Positions 52,296 to 64,000 of a stretch of DNA of 64,000 nt are shown here, one piece after another. Every line of letters starts with the position of its first letter. Within the stretch, counting starts at the first letter, position 1. The stretch covers positions 1 to 64,000 of the forward strand of contig MCFE01000049.1 of assembly GCA_002104905.1 (NCBI GenBank), written 5' to 3'. The position numbers were made by a program, and so were the translations under genes. Origin of the DNA: Basidiobolus meristosporus CBS 931.73 (lineage: Eukaryota; Fungi; Basidiobolomycota). Under the pieces are notes generated by a model. That model did not search any database and had not been told where the DNA came from. It saw nothing but the letters and a program-made list of their open reading frames with translations.

Positions 52296-55200
52296 TTACA
52301 CTGCGTCGATTGCCAGCTGTTTAGTTAGATCAAAGACCTGTTTCTGCGAACGTTGAAGTTCGGCTTTCATCTTGCGAAGCATCGACTCCGAGTCCCGAAC
52401 GTATTTTATAGCCCGCTGGGTATCTTTCTCCATCCGCGTGGATTTCTTCTCCGCTTCCTGGAGGCGAAGCTCAAGTTGCTGGATTTTGTTTAAACTGCTC
52501 TGGAGGCGAGTGTCAGAGTCATTGTTCAGGGCGGGGGGCTTAGGTCGTGATTGACGCAATAACTCCTCAAGTGAGTTGGCTTTGACCTGCATAGCCAAGA
52601 ATTGGTCTTTCAGCTTGGCAATTTCATGCTCATCCGCGGCAGCCCTAGCTTTCGATGCTTTCTCGGAAATGATTAGAGGCTGCTGCTTCTCAACTATGGA
52701 ATGTAATTCCTGCAGTGTGTTCTTATACTTCTCCTGCAATTCTTTGTTGTGGGATTTTGTCTGGTCAAGATGATCCTGGAGGGACTCGAGCTGTTGTCGT
52801 AATTTTTCATGGTCCTGAGGAGTGAGCTGGGATGGTTTGGAGGCATTCTTTGGTTTATCCGAAGCAAGCGCAACTATCCTATGTAGATCCAGATCTCCGG
52901 CGCAATCCATCTCTTGCATCATGTTTGCCAAGGCTGTGACTTTGAAATTTGCCCCTTCGAGTTCCATTGATTTCGCTCTCAGTGTATCTTGGGAGTTCAT
53001 GAGCTGCAACTTCATTTCGTAGATGCTATCCTGTGAGTCCACTAAGCGGAGACGCATCTCACTGAGCTCAGATTGAGCAACATGGTGCCTTTTCTCTAAC
53101 TCCTCCATCTTTTGGACCAATGTCTGGTTTTCCCTCTCTACTCTTTCGATGAGATCTCCCGACTCTTCTTTCATTTGATTCAATAGGTTCAGCTCTCCCT
53201 CAAGCTCAGCCACACGATAGTTAGCACGGGTCAGCTTCTCATCGACACCTTCGCTGGGGGCTTTGGTATTCTCGAAGACCCTCGACATACATTCTATTGA
53301 GTCCAGTTGCTGTTTAGTGGTTAACCATAAAGTCTCCATCTCCCCCGCTTGGAAATGGGCTCTGGCCAACTCTTCTGACTTCTGCTCGACAGTCTTACGC
53401 AACTCGATCGATTCTTTTTCCAGTGCCTGAATCTCTTGCTGAGCATCCATCCACATTCTTTCGGCCTCGTTGGCGCGCTCATTGGCTGCGATTACTGCGT
53501 TTGATGCTAACTCTCTAGCCTCCCTTTCTTGAGCTGAAGCCTCCTCCAATGATGCCAGTCGTTCAAGCATTACTGTGGTCTCTGCATCTTTTGCGTAGAG
53601 AATTGCTTCTGCCTGGGAAGCTTTGGTGTTTGCTTCGCAAACTTCTTCCTGTGCTTTCTTAAGGGATTCTTCCAAAACGGCGTATTTTTCTCGAATTACT
53701 CGACAATTATTTTCAGCACCCAAGGCTCTATTCAGGGCAATTTTGCAGCTCTCTTCCATCAACAATCGGCTCTCATGATCCTTGGCGGACACTAGGGTTT
53801 GTAGGTCGATCTTGGAGATAAGCGCTTGCTTTTCGGACAAGCTCTTGACAAGTCGCTTTTCCAGCTCAGCAATCCGCTCTTGTTCAATTCGACAGAGCTC
53901 ACCAATAGAGGAGTTTTTGATGGCTGTGGCTTTCATTTTTAAATAGGCTGCTTCTTGCAAGGCTACCTGCCGTTGCCTTTCACTATCTGCAATTTTCTGA
54001 GCCGCATATTCACAAGTTTGAGCCACAGTTGCCTGCCAATGAATGCTTCATTTGAGACCTTGGTGTAAGAGGGAATGTATGGATATATAGGTTACCTGTG
54101 CTTTTCCTAATTGATCCTTTAGCAGTAGAAGCGCTTGTAGAAGCATGATTTTCTCTGGGTCTTGCTGGTTCTTTTGGAATACTTCAAGATTGTTACATGC
54201 GGGCGCTTCTTTTGTCGAGGAACCCGCTTTCTCTGAAACCATTTTCTGAATGCTATTCCACAGCGCTGTTTTAGTATTTCCTTGGTCTGCTGCTAAAGAG
54301 GAAGCCTTTGTCTCGACTATAACTTCATCATTAGCTTCGATTTGTGGACCTTTTGTCTCAACAGATGAGTTTGGGTCCACCTTTTCAGGCCTCATACTGT
54401 CGGGTAGTTTTTCTTCCAAAACAGAATTAGCGTCCACAGGAACATTACCTGCTGTGATATCATTGTGACCAGAGGATCCCAATGTTGAAAACTCCGGGAT
54501 TCGCTCTATACTAGAAAGTTCACCTGGAAGACCGACCCTTTGGGAGGGAATTTCGGGCACTTGCATATCTTTCCAGGGAGAGGTCGAGTTGCTGTATGTG
54601 GGCTGAACGGACTGCATGTTGACAGCAACTTGCCTACCTGGAGTGCGTTTCCGAGAGGTATTCACATGAACGCCCTTATTCGTATTAGGCTGCTTTGTAG
54701 GTTGGGGTTTAGCTCCTCCTAGTTCAGCCGTTCGAGGATGACTGACTTTGTCGATGTTTAGAGGGATAAATGTGGCAAATTGGCGAATCTGGTCTCTAGG
54801 ATGCTCAATCCCTACTTTACTAATCGACTCGACACTTTTGGTGCCTTCCGTTTGTGCGTGACTAGGTGTGTGCACCAAATGGTAGTCCCCCTCTTGTCGA
54901 GGTGAATTCAACACCTGTGCAGGTTTCATACTGCCATCAAGAGCTCTCGCCTGCGGGATAGGAGATGTAGAATCCAAACCCAGCATAGGCTCGATGTCCA
55001 AGATGGTTTTAACGCTTGATAATTGTAGCGAGCCATGCGATGGATCGTTTGACGAGATACTTGCAAGACTTTGCGCTGGAGAGCTGGTATTCAAGCTAAA
55101 CTCCGATGAGATCGGACTAGAGGTCAGTGTATCGTCCTCATTATCAGAGAGTGCCAACTTTCTATAATAATCTGTGGGGCTAGAGGGCGACGCATTGCCA

Positions 55201-56680
55201 AATATCTGCTTGTCCTGTGAATCGCTGTGATTCACTACGGTGGAAAATGGATGGATATTGTTCGGGTGGAGGTTGACGTACTCTCTAACCTTTGCTAAAT
55301 GAATAGCTTACTTAGCATCATCGATGGATAGGGCGATGCTGTTGAATTCAATAAACCTACCAGTGTCAAGAACATGAACCATTGAGTGGCTGGCGATGGA
55401 GTTGTATTCTCCCACCAGGATATGTACCTTGTCCTGGACCGGGCAAACTCTCACTCTGTTCGGCAGCGTGGTCCCAAGATGGACGCCTGGAAGGACCGAC
55501 CAGATTCTCTCTAGACAAATGAAATTGGTGAATGGATAGTTTTCTGATGGAACCCTTAGTTTCCAAATACCTATGAAATGAAATACATAGACTTCATGTA
55601 GCAGCTGTCCAGAATCGTCCTTCCCACCGAAGATGTACATCAGATCGTTGTGAGTACAAGCGGAGTGGCCAGTCCTTTTCGAAGGCCCACCCTCGGTCAT
55701 GATTTGCGACCAAATATTGGATGTTGCATCGTAGCACCACAAGTCGTCAAATAACTTTTCCACGTCATTTCCACCAAAACTGAATAAAGGTTAGTGGACA
55801 ATTTTTGAATGGAGATTCCAATACAACTAACATGTAGATTTGGTTTTTGTGTACGACTGCAGAATGGCATGCCCTTTCTGGCGGGCTCTCGTAGCCAGGG
55901 GCTATATACTCCCAGCGTGGAGTTTGGGTAGACACTAGATTGTAATGTGGGATCATTAGTCGCTGAACTGGTACACAACATTCTAATCTCAATACGGACA
56001 TGATTTGGTATCAAAGGCAACCAAGTCGTTGAAGTAATAACCATCCACCTGGCCTCCAAACAAATACATAGTTGATTCTATAGCCACTGAGGAATGGTCC
56101 CTTCTCCCCATTAACGAGTTGCTCTGCATGGGTAGTCTTGCCCATACCTTACTCCCTGTTAGAGGTCAGTATATGTTCAATACAAATGCCAGAGGGTCCA
56201 ATCGTGTACCTATATTGAGGGAGTATAAGGAATCATCCCACCGACTGTCAATAGTTTCTCCTCCAAAAACTGTAAACGGAAACACCGATGGTGAGAATAT
56301 GCAAAATTAGAAGTCACATCTCCATCCTTCAACATGCCTAATAAATATCTTCCTATGTTCACCGCAGTATGACCCGAGCGAGGACAGGGAATTTCGCCTG
56401 TGGTTTTGGCCACTTCAATAGAAAAGTCATCTATACATAAACCAATCAGGTCAGCTCCTTCGACTGTCACAACTGCTCTACTCTCTCACTCACGTGAATC
56501 AATGATGTGCAAGTCGTTTTGCGGTATATTCTCGATGGTTCCGGCGAAAACGTAGATATCATCAAGAATTTCGCAGAGACTGTAGTCTTGACGCGGGAAC
56601 GGGGAGAACTTATTAATTCTCTTTTGAGTCCAAAGGGTGGGATTAGAGGCTGGTTTGGTAAATTTGGTAAGGAATGACAT
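52296..56680 (-). CDS. Kelch-repeat plus coiled-coil polarity protein, Kel1/Tea1-like (multi-exon)
   Basis: N-terminal kelch motifs (PRSGHTAV, VFGG, YLFGGQVDGYYFNDL, RTGHSA), low-complexity linker, long C-terminal coiled coil. Confidence 0.88.
56270..56337 (-). other. GC-AG intron in the kelch gene
   Basis: AG|GCATGT donor and TTTACAG acceptor; removal gives GRYLLVFGGE. Confidence 0.75.
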
Positions 56681-57935
56681 GGAACTATATGCTATGAGTG
56701 TATGCGAAAATAAGATATGTCTGGGAGTATTAGTTGCCTATCGTGAGCACAAGCCAAATTTAGAATGTCCAAAGCTCTATGGGGTAAGGGCTATGTATGT
56801 AGTCTCAAAGTCCTTGAGATAAAGATAATATCAATAACAAGCGAAAGCACCCTATGGCAGGTAAGTCAACTTCTCATGAATCAGTTAATTAGTTTGAACG
56901 GCCCAAGCCTCATTCTTTATTATAAAGCAGCCAAATCTGTGAGCGCTGTAACTGCATGGATAAGGAGATATTTTTTTCACAAAGGCAACGGTCAAAAATA
57001 CCCTTCGTTGCTTCGTACATATTCCAGGATTGGGATAGAGAAGCGCATGTTAGGAAGTTAGGAAAGAAATTGGCAGATGATGATTTTGCCAAATCTGCCT
57101 AGTGGTATGTGATGAATGGAATGGATCTGTTGATTTATGTGCACAGATCGAAGATGGAATACCAACTAGACATTGCTGGCAATTGTGCTGTGCATTGCTG
57201 AGCGGTAATAAGCATGGCATGAGCAGTAGACCATTGACAACGAGCTGTTTTCGCTGCAGCGTACACCAGCCGAGGTCACCATACGGACCTTTTGATGCGC
57301 TATTGGATTTTAAGGTTGTTTACAGCAACGAAACTTGTATTACAGCTGCAGACCATGGTGACCAAGCGCTACCCATATGTGACAGCCAATACCGTATCAC
57401 TTTTGTCCCTAGTCACCATTTAAGAATCAATCAAGGCAAGACAAGATGATGTTCAGAAACTTGATGAACGCACCAACTTCAGAAGTAGGATTTCTAGGCG
57501 TTTTAGAATCTGACATCTTGTTTAACATCGATTTTGGGGTGTCAAGAAACATGTCACACATGGGCTCATTATAATGTTCAAGTTTCGGAAACCACCTGTT
57601 TGCTAATAGCCAACCTCCTAATCTGGTCTCAAGAAATTGCCTACCGTGTCATCACAGGTAGGATTGGCATTGTACATCCGGATTCTGAGGAATCTCCCCA
57701 AAAAGTCGCGGGAATCATAGGAATGGAATTCTCTGGAAGTGTGCTGTTTGGGGGTGTTCGACACTCGCCCCTCGGAATAAGTATCGGTAAACCTGCAATA
57801 TCCCATTAACCAGTGAGGAAGCTTGGTTACACAGAAGCACCACAACCATCGGTCAGAAAAATATAAATTCCCCAGATGCCCCGAATGTGCCAAATCCACA
57901 CAGCCCACCGATCCACCAGAACACATAGCGTACCA

Positions 57936-58178
57936 ATGGAAGAACTCTACATCAACCTCCATGCCAGCACTGGCTATATCCAGGCGTCTTTCGGAAGCAT
58001 TCTCGACAGCCACGACATGATGAATCAAGGAGAACAGGCCATTAGACTAGCGCAACATGAATATAATCAGTTGTCACTTGAGCAGCCCAAACCTGCCACT
58101 ATGTGTTCCAACAATCAGCCACTGGACGTTTATTTGGGAAGTAATGTAGCAATCACCCCTGCCACCACTGCCGTCTAA
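57936..58178 (+). CDS. Microprotein paralog A (80 aa), CsbD-like spacing
   Basis: MEELYINLHASTGYIQASFGSIL; TATAAA at 57862-57867; similar to 59748-59993 and 62640-62882. Confidence 0.75.
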   Translation: MEELYINLHASTGYIQASFGSILDSHDMMNQGEQAIRLAQHEYNQLSLEQPKPATMCSNNQPLDVYLGSNVAITPATTAV

Positions 58179-59747
58179 ATCGCGTGCGTCTCCTCCATAC
58201 GTCCGTTGTAAAATATCATATTGTACTTTTAATAAATCGCACTTCATCAAGTTCTTTGGCCTCGAGTGGCTGCCGGGATTAAGGCCTGCCAGGAGTAGAG
58301 CGGGTATTGGGGAATCGCTGATGGCCGCACATAATACCGAGAATAACGGAGGGGACGAAACACATTAGACACTGTAGCACAACAATTTTGTTTTGTCGGA
58401 ATGGAATTCCCCTAATGGCCAACAATATGCGACCACCTGTGATTTGGCTGTCATCGTGCTTGCGGAAAAATAATCGAGCATCCCAAACGCAACCGAATTA
58501 ATTTTTGCACACCAATAACATTCCTTACTTGGACTACCTCAGCCGACAGCATGCTACAGATTTAGGCAGCAATCTTCGAGCAGCAGCAGCAGTCGACTTG
58601 GGCCAACCAGTGGGCTTGAGATTCGACATGCCTGTAGACATCGGCAAGACCCATAGCTGACCCCGTGGCATCTTCATTTCGGGCACGTATCTTGGGCTCC
58701 AGGAGCCTCATAAAGAATCCAAGTGACTCAGTGACACCAAGGCACCACTAAGCCACACAGTGGTTTCCAACTGCAGTCACCATCTGTGGAGTAATCTAGA
58801 ATGGCGTCCAAATATGACACGGTGATGCGATCTTCATGGACGTCTGCTCAGGAGATTGTCATTGTTGATGCCGAAAGAGGTCACCCTCGAGGTGACCACG
58901 AGCATGGCCAAGCAATGGCACCTTCCTCAAGCCAGATGGATGCCAACGAACATTCCCACACCTCAAGGGTGGTTTGGAAGTGGTCTGGATTGAGAAACAG
59001 TATAATCCAGACCTGCATCACCTGCGGTGCCATCAATACGTGTATGACAGTCGAAACCCAAAAGAATGTCCAAGCTCTCCGCACCGCATGGGAATCGGTC
59101 CACCTGGATTCTAGGATAGTCCATCATGCGAGGTCAGTTTTGGTGAACCCTCGGACCTAATCGGTCGAGTGTTGAGGTAACATGAATGCGTATTAGATGA
59201 GAAATCTTGGCGGCAAATAAATTAGTATTCAAACAGGGTGCTCGGTGATGACCAATGCTGTGATCATCTTATGATTTTCAATGAACTCATTAATTTCTTC
59301 GCCATTCAGGTTGTGGCAGTGATTTCAACGATCACCACAAGGGGTTTGGTTATGATGTTTCGGATGGCCACAAGGCTTCGGTGAGTCAGCCGAATGAGGT
59401 CATCCCTGGTTGGGTTAAGCGACGCTCTCGCGTTGTCTCAAGTGGTGTTTCGCGCTATTTACACACTCACTCCAAACCAAAGTGGTAGATGAGGGAAGCG
59501 TGGACATGCCACGCCCTGGCATCAAATTGATATTATGTTCGCTTTATAATCAATGAGACGTATCGAATTATTGGTTTACGCAATACTAGCGAGGGTGGTA
59601 ATCAGCTAGCGGTGATATACATTCGTGGAGGGACTAAACTACAAATATGTTAATGGAATGGTGATATTGATGCAAGGAATTCTGGCGTGCCGGTGATTCA
59701 AGGGATATACATGGACGCCGCTCACGGCATGGGTAAGCGTCTTGGGA

Positions 59748-59993
59748 TTAACAGGGAATGAGCTTGGGGGGTAGGCTGACATGGTAAGTAATCGAATCAG
59801 AGACTGAAGAATGTTTGTGATTGTTTGCGAGGCTTGTTTTGGTCGGTTTGACATCGCTAACATAGTGTTCAACTTTGGCTGCACGCACTAGCTCCTTGCC
59901 AGCTTTTACCAATTTTGAATCCTTAAGGACGTGGCCGTAAGAGAGCTGGATATATCCCGAGCTGGCTTTAACATTTACTGAGATGTCCTCCAT
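59748..59993 (-). CDS. Microprotein paralog B (81 aa), CsbD-like spacing
   Basis: MEDISVNVKASSGYIQLSYGHVL; TATATAA at 60072-60078 on the minus strand. Confidence 0.75.
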   Translation of the reverse strand: MEDISVNVKASSGYIQLSYGHVLKDSKLVKAGKELVRAAKVEHYVSDVKPTKTSLANNHKHSSVSDSITYHVSLPPKLIPC

Positions 59994-62639
59994 TATAATT
60001 CTTCAGTGACAATGAATTCGAGTACTTGACTTACAAGCGTGGTTAGCATAAGCGACCAACACACGGCCTCCTTATATACCAATAGGGCTGCATCAGTGTT
60101 CCCACATTCAACACTGCCCTATCCTTGAAACCATCTCTTTCGAATTAGTCTTACCGGATCGCCTGCATTATTGGATCAATTTAAGGGAGTCATACTTTAT
60201 TGGTGTAATGGGAGACTGAATCCTCCACGTAGTAGTAAATTAATATTGCTTTATATCAATATTGAATCCAGTTGGATCTCAACATCACAATCGTGTCAAC
60301 CGGAACTCAAGACCCTTTGGCCACTTCTAGAATCATTCATGAGAGTCAAAGTATTCTTGAGGCTCCTATTGACAAGGATGATCAGGTGGTGGGTGGTGCT
60401 TACCTTGACTTTCCAAATACAAGATGTTCGACCTCACCTCTAGCCAGTTGGATTCCACTCCCTGTGAATGCTAATCACAGCCAAAGGCCTCGATCCCTGC
60501 CCCTCTGATGCACTGTAGTCGACAGTTTCGAAGATTATCCAAAGACTACAATCTCCCCCCCCCAGGAAGCCCGAAATCTCGCGACAGAGATGTGCCACCA
60601 AACCGCACTCCATCCTTCCGACCCACCACCCCACACCATCAGCTTCATTGTCGATGTGGCAAGAATAAGCGTTCAAATGGACGATCAGTTAGTGTCATCA
60701 GATGATAGATCTATGGCAAGAACGAAGGTCTCGGATCACTGCTAATTATTTCCCACGTACAAGTTGGCTTTAGGGAAGGATAGATAATTGAAATACTCCA
60801 TAATATATGTAGCATCTTAAACCGCTCGCTGCGAATTGCAATCTCATTTGTCTAAGTTAAGCAGGATCGGGTCCACCACCAATTTACAAAAAGGGCACAG
60901 CAGCAACCTATCCCTCACTCGCAGACACGCGAAGCCATACTAAGCCTCCAAGAAGGTTTTGTGCAGAGAGACTTTCTCGAAAGGTCCACCCGAGTCAGAT
61001 GCATCAAGTTCCACCGCGACCACTGAAATGTACTGGGCTGTGATTGATGGTTAAAAATAGCTGTCGCTGATTCGCTTCCTTTCCAATTCAGGCCCAACCA
61101 GTATTTCCAGCCCTCCTTTGGGCGAGCGGAAAAATCAATACATTTGGTGTAACTGGATGGCACGCAGGCTGTGGGTAAATGATTAAATTAGCTTTAGTTC
61201 TGGATCCATGCCCAATCATGACCACCTGGAAAACCAAAAAGTTTATAAGCAAAGAAACCATCGGAACTCTCTATTAAGCAAGCGTTTCACATCGAAACCT
61301 GATGAATTTCTCATCTAGATATACCGGCTTCATTGGTAGAATACAAAGAATTGCGTGATATGAATGAAATTGGTTGAGGGTCTGATGCATAACTAATCGA
61401 GCATCGCTTCTATATTGGTGTCCACTGGTCGGCTAAATGCTTCAAGATCAACGTGAAATCTCCACAAGGGCAGCCCAAATTTAGGTTGGAGTTTGATAGC
61501 CCGTTTATAGAAGCGAAATTCTATCATCAGTTTTGGCGTCTGAACCGAAGTGACCTGGTCAGCCCACTATTCATGCTCAACAACCACCGACTGGGCGCTG
61601 ACAACAGCGTCGTGGATTCAGGATATTGGTGATCTGGCTTCTGGACAACCTCACTGCTCAACCGACACTAATGGCGATGAAACTCCACGGTATTGGAGTT
61701 GTGTCCTGTCCAACCACCACTGATGAGGTGCTCTATTAATATGCGTACATTGCCCATTTACACTCGCTCTAAGCCAGGAAGTAAGCACAGGCGAGCGGCT
61801 ATATTACTATGCACTTCCATTAATTGCCCCTATTCAAATGGTAGTCAAGGACCGTCGGCTGCATGTATTATTTCCCTACTCAGCACAGATGACACTATGC
61901 AGGATCGTGCTCATGGGGACAAGGATCAAACCGCCATGTTGATGAGTCACTGAGGTTGTTCAAAGTTGTAGAAACCGTGCAGACGGTCAGGAAATATGCT
62001 GCTCACACATACTGTCGAAGGCGATTTGCATCAGGACGCTGAAGTGTAAGCATTTCAGAGCTGCGCAGATGTTTCATTTTCCGGTAATCGAGGTTTCAAT
62101 GGCTATTAAAAGAATAGCTTGCTCCTCGATCTAAATGGTCACATTAGTGCATGCCTTTCCAATGGGGCAAGGATGATTTAGACCGCCGACCAATTGGGTG
62201 GCGGCTGAGTGAAACCCCCACCCATGATCACCGGTTTTCAGACTGGTATCCAATACCTTGAATATTTCTAGCGGTGCGCTACAAATGGAGCAGCAAAAAC
62301 CCATCATTGCCAAAAATTATGGTTTGACATGTCGAATGGATGATCTATGATGCTTTCTCTCCCATTGGTGTAATTGGCATTCCAAATCCGTCAAATGGCA
62401 TGGTTTTAACCAAAATATTCTTACTCATTTGTATCAAAACGGCAAGTGAAGGAATGTGATCAATGATGTGGTTGCTTTATATCAATTCCTACTTGCGAGT
62501 CTTGTGATCAACACTATTGCAATCAGCTGCCAGGCACCCTTATATAAGCCGGTTCTCTTTCACGATGTCGAGTATTCCCACCACCATCGCATCCTTTTCC
62601 ATATTCTCCGAACCTCATAAAGCCCTACTATTCTAAACC

Positions 62640-62882
62640 ATGGAAGATTTGAACATCAGCACTCGCGCCAGCACTGGATACATCCGGGCTTCGCTTGGGC
62701 ACATTTTCGGCGATGATCAGCTAATCGCCCAAGGCCGCTCGTTAGTCTCGCAGGCCCAAACAGAATTTGTAGCGGCCAAAGATGCCGAGAAGCGCCGATA
62801 CTCAATGGAGGTTGAGCAGATGAAGCCCGGCACACCATCCCATAGCGTTGTAGCCGAGACCAACTCCTTGATTTCTGCCTGA
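62640..62882 (+). CDS. Microprotein paralog C (80 aa), CsbD-like spacing
   Basis: MEDLNISTRASTGYIRASLGHIF; TATATAA at 62541-62547. Confidence 0.78.
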   Translation: MEDLNISTRASTGYIRASLGHIFGDDQLIAQGRSLVSQAQTEFVAAKDAEKRRYSMEVEQMKPGTPSHSVVAETNSLISA

Positions 62883-64000
62883 TCACACCATCCTCGCTCA
62901 CAAGGGTCAACCATATGTCGGAGTAGTTTAATTCTTAATCAAAAACGCTTTATGTAAATTCTTACCTCTTCACTCTCGCAACAACCCCTCTGCTCTGTGG
63001 TTACCTCTTGGATACTGCTACCGTACTCATAGCACATGTATGCTGTAGTCTCATTACGATGTATATAGATTGGTTCCCGGTCCTTAAATAAACCACACGT
63101 CATCCAGGAGTCTCTTGATTGCCAAGTATTGCACAGCATAAATGATTAACCAACTCGCTGTCTAGTTCAGTCGCATGAAAGTCAGCTCGGCTATTGTTGG
63201 TCCAAGGCATCCAATTTCATCAGATAATCTGCCCGAAACATGAACGGCGTTTCGCCACGGAGGATTGTTTGATTGGCCGCTGCCAAGGCCGGGCAATCAG
63301 TTTCTCAGTTGTGGGCAGTCTTGGTTTGTGGCATTCTGCGCCGCCCGCGAAGAGCCACTGTCCAACGCCCCAACAAATGGTTGCTGGACAGGCTTTTTCT
63401 GATAAAGTGCGAGGCTCACATCCCCAGAGCCAACGGTCTATATGAAGGTGAGGAGAGACCAATCTTCATGCTGTTGGGAATATCGCACTGTATACCCAGT
63501 ATTTAGCCTGAGCATACCGAATGCTTAGGTGTTCTTTTGTCAGCTACGCCAGAGCGGCCACCAAGATTTCTTGACTATTTGTAATGCTCATGTTGCCACC
63601 AGTTGCTATTACTAAGAGGGCCAGATCATGGAGCTACTGCGATGGGCTGGCATCTTGAAGGGTATTGATTGATTAGTGAAAAAGCGAGCAACAATTCCCC
63701 AACCATCGAAGTGTGACCAATCCTTATATATTCTGTCGAGTCTTAATTTCCCCAGTATTTACCAAAGCTTGTATGCTCACGGCGATTTAGTTATCAACTC
63801 GATCTCCCGGTCAAGGTCAACTTAAATTATCAAGCATTCAGGTTACCTGGTATCACGGATACGCAGCCTGTTTTCCACCTCATGATCCCAGTCGCAGAAT
63901 CCACCAGAGTAGGGGATCTATTACAATTTGGATCATCCGAAAATAATGGTTCTACAATGGTTCATTAAATTAAAGCGTCGGTTACGATTATCCCTGATAA

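Noticed and set aside
58866-58900. Short hairpin GGTCACCCTCGAGGTGACC and the surrounding 119-aa ORF
   Set aside because: A single short palindrome is expected by chance; the ORF has no motif or paralog.
62131-62313. Cys-containing 60-aa minus-strand ORF upstream of paralog C
   Set aside because: No signal peptide, paralog or promoter evidence.

Overview
Eukaryotic, intron-rich fungal genomic DNA. The gene content, short introns and a U12-type intron point to an early-diverging lineage such as Zoopagomycota or Mucoromycota (inference). Bases 1-12,150 are a CpG-depleted nest of decayed Ty1/copia elements: about 10 related ~350-bp LTRs or LTR fragments, scrambled gag/PR/INT/RT/RNaseH pieces, and two copies of a long-TIR foldback element. 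Bases ~14,400-56,700 are a housekeeping block: STK32/YANK-like kinase, VTC1, ADP1-type ABCG, F-box/LRR, MRPL51, RPT2, CDC26-like, RPL38, PKA catalytic subunit, RHO1, lipoate-protein ligase, FOX2, endosulfine and a Kel1/Tea1-like kelch protein. It also holds a DUF1648-like membrane protein and a probably inactive, GPI-anchored trypsin homolog. Bases ~57,000-64,000 are accessory-like and contain three divergent, intronless ~80-aa paralogs with CsbD-like spacing, each with its own TATA box. Best leads: an AT-AC minor-spliceosome intron in the lipoate ligase gene, the microprotein cluster, the pseudo-trypsin and the foldback element. All exon calls were read by eye; no database searches were run.
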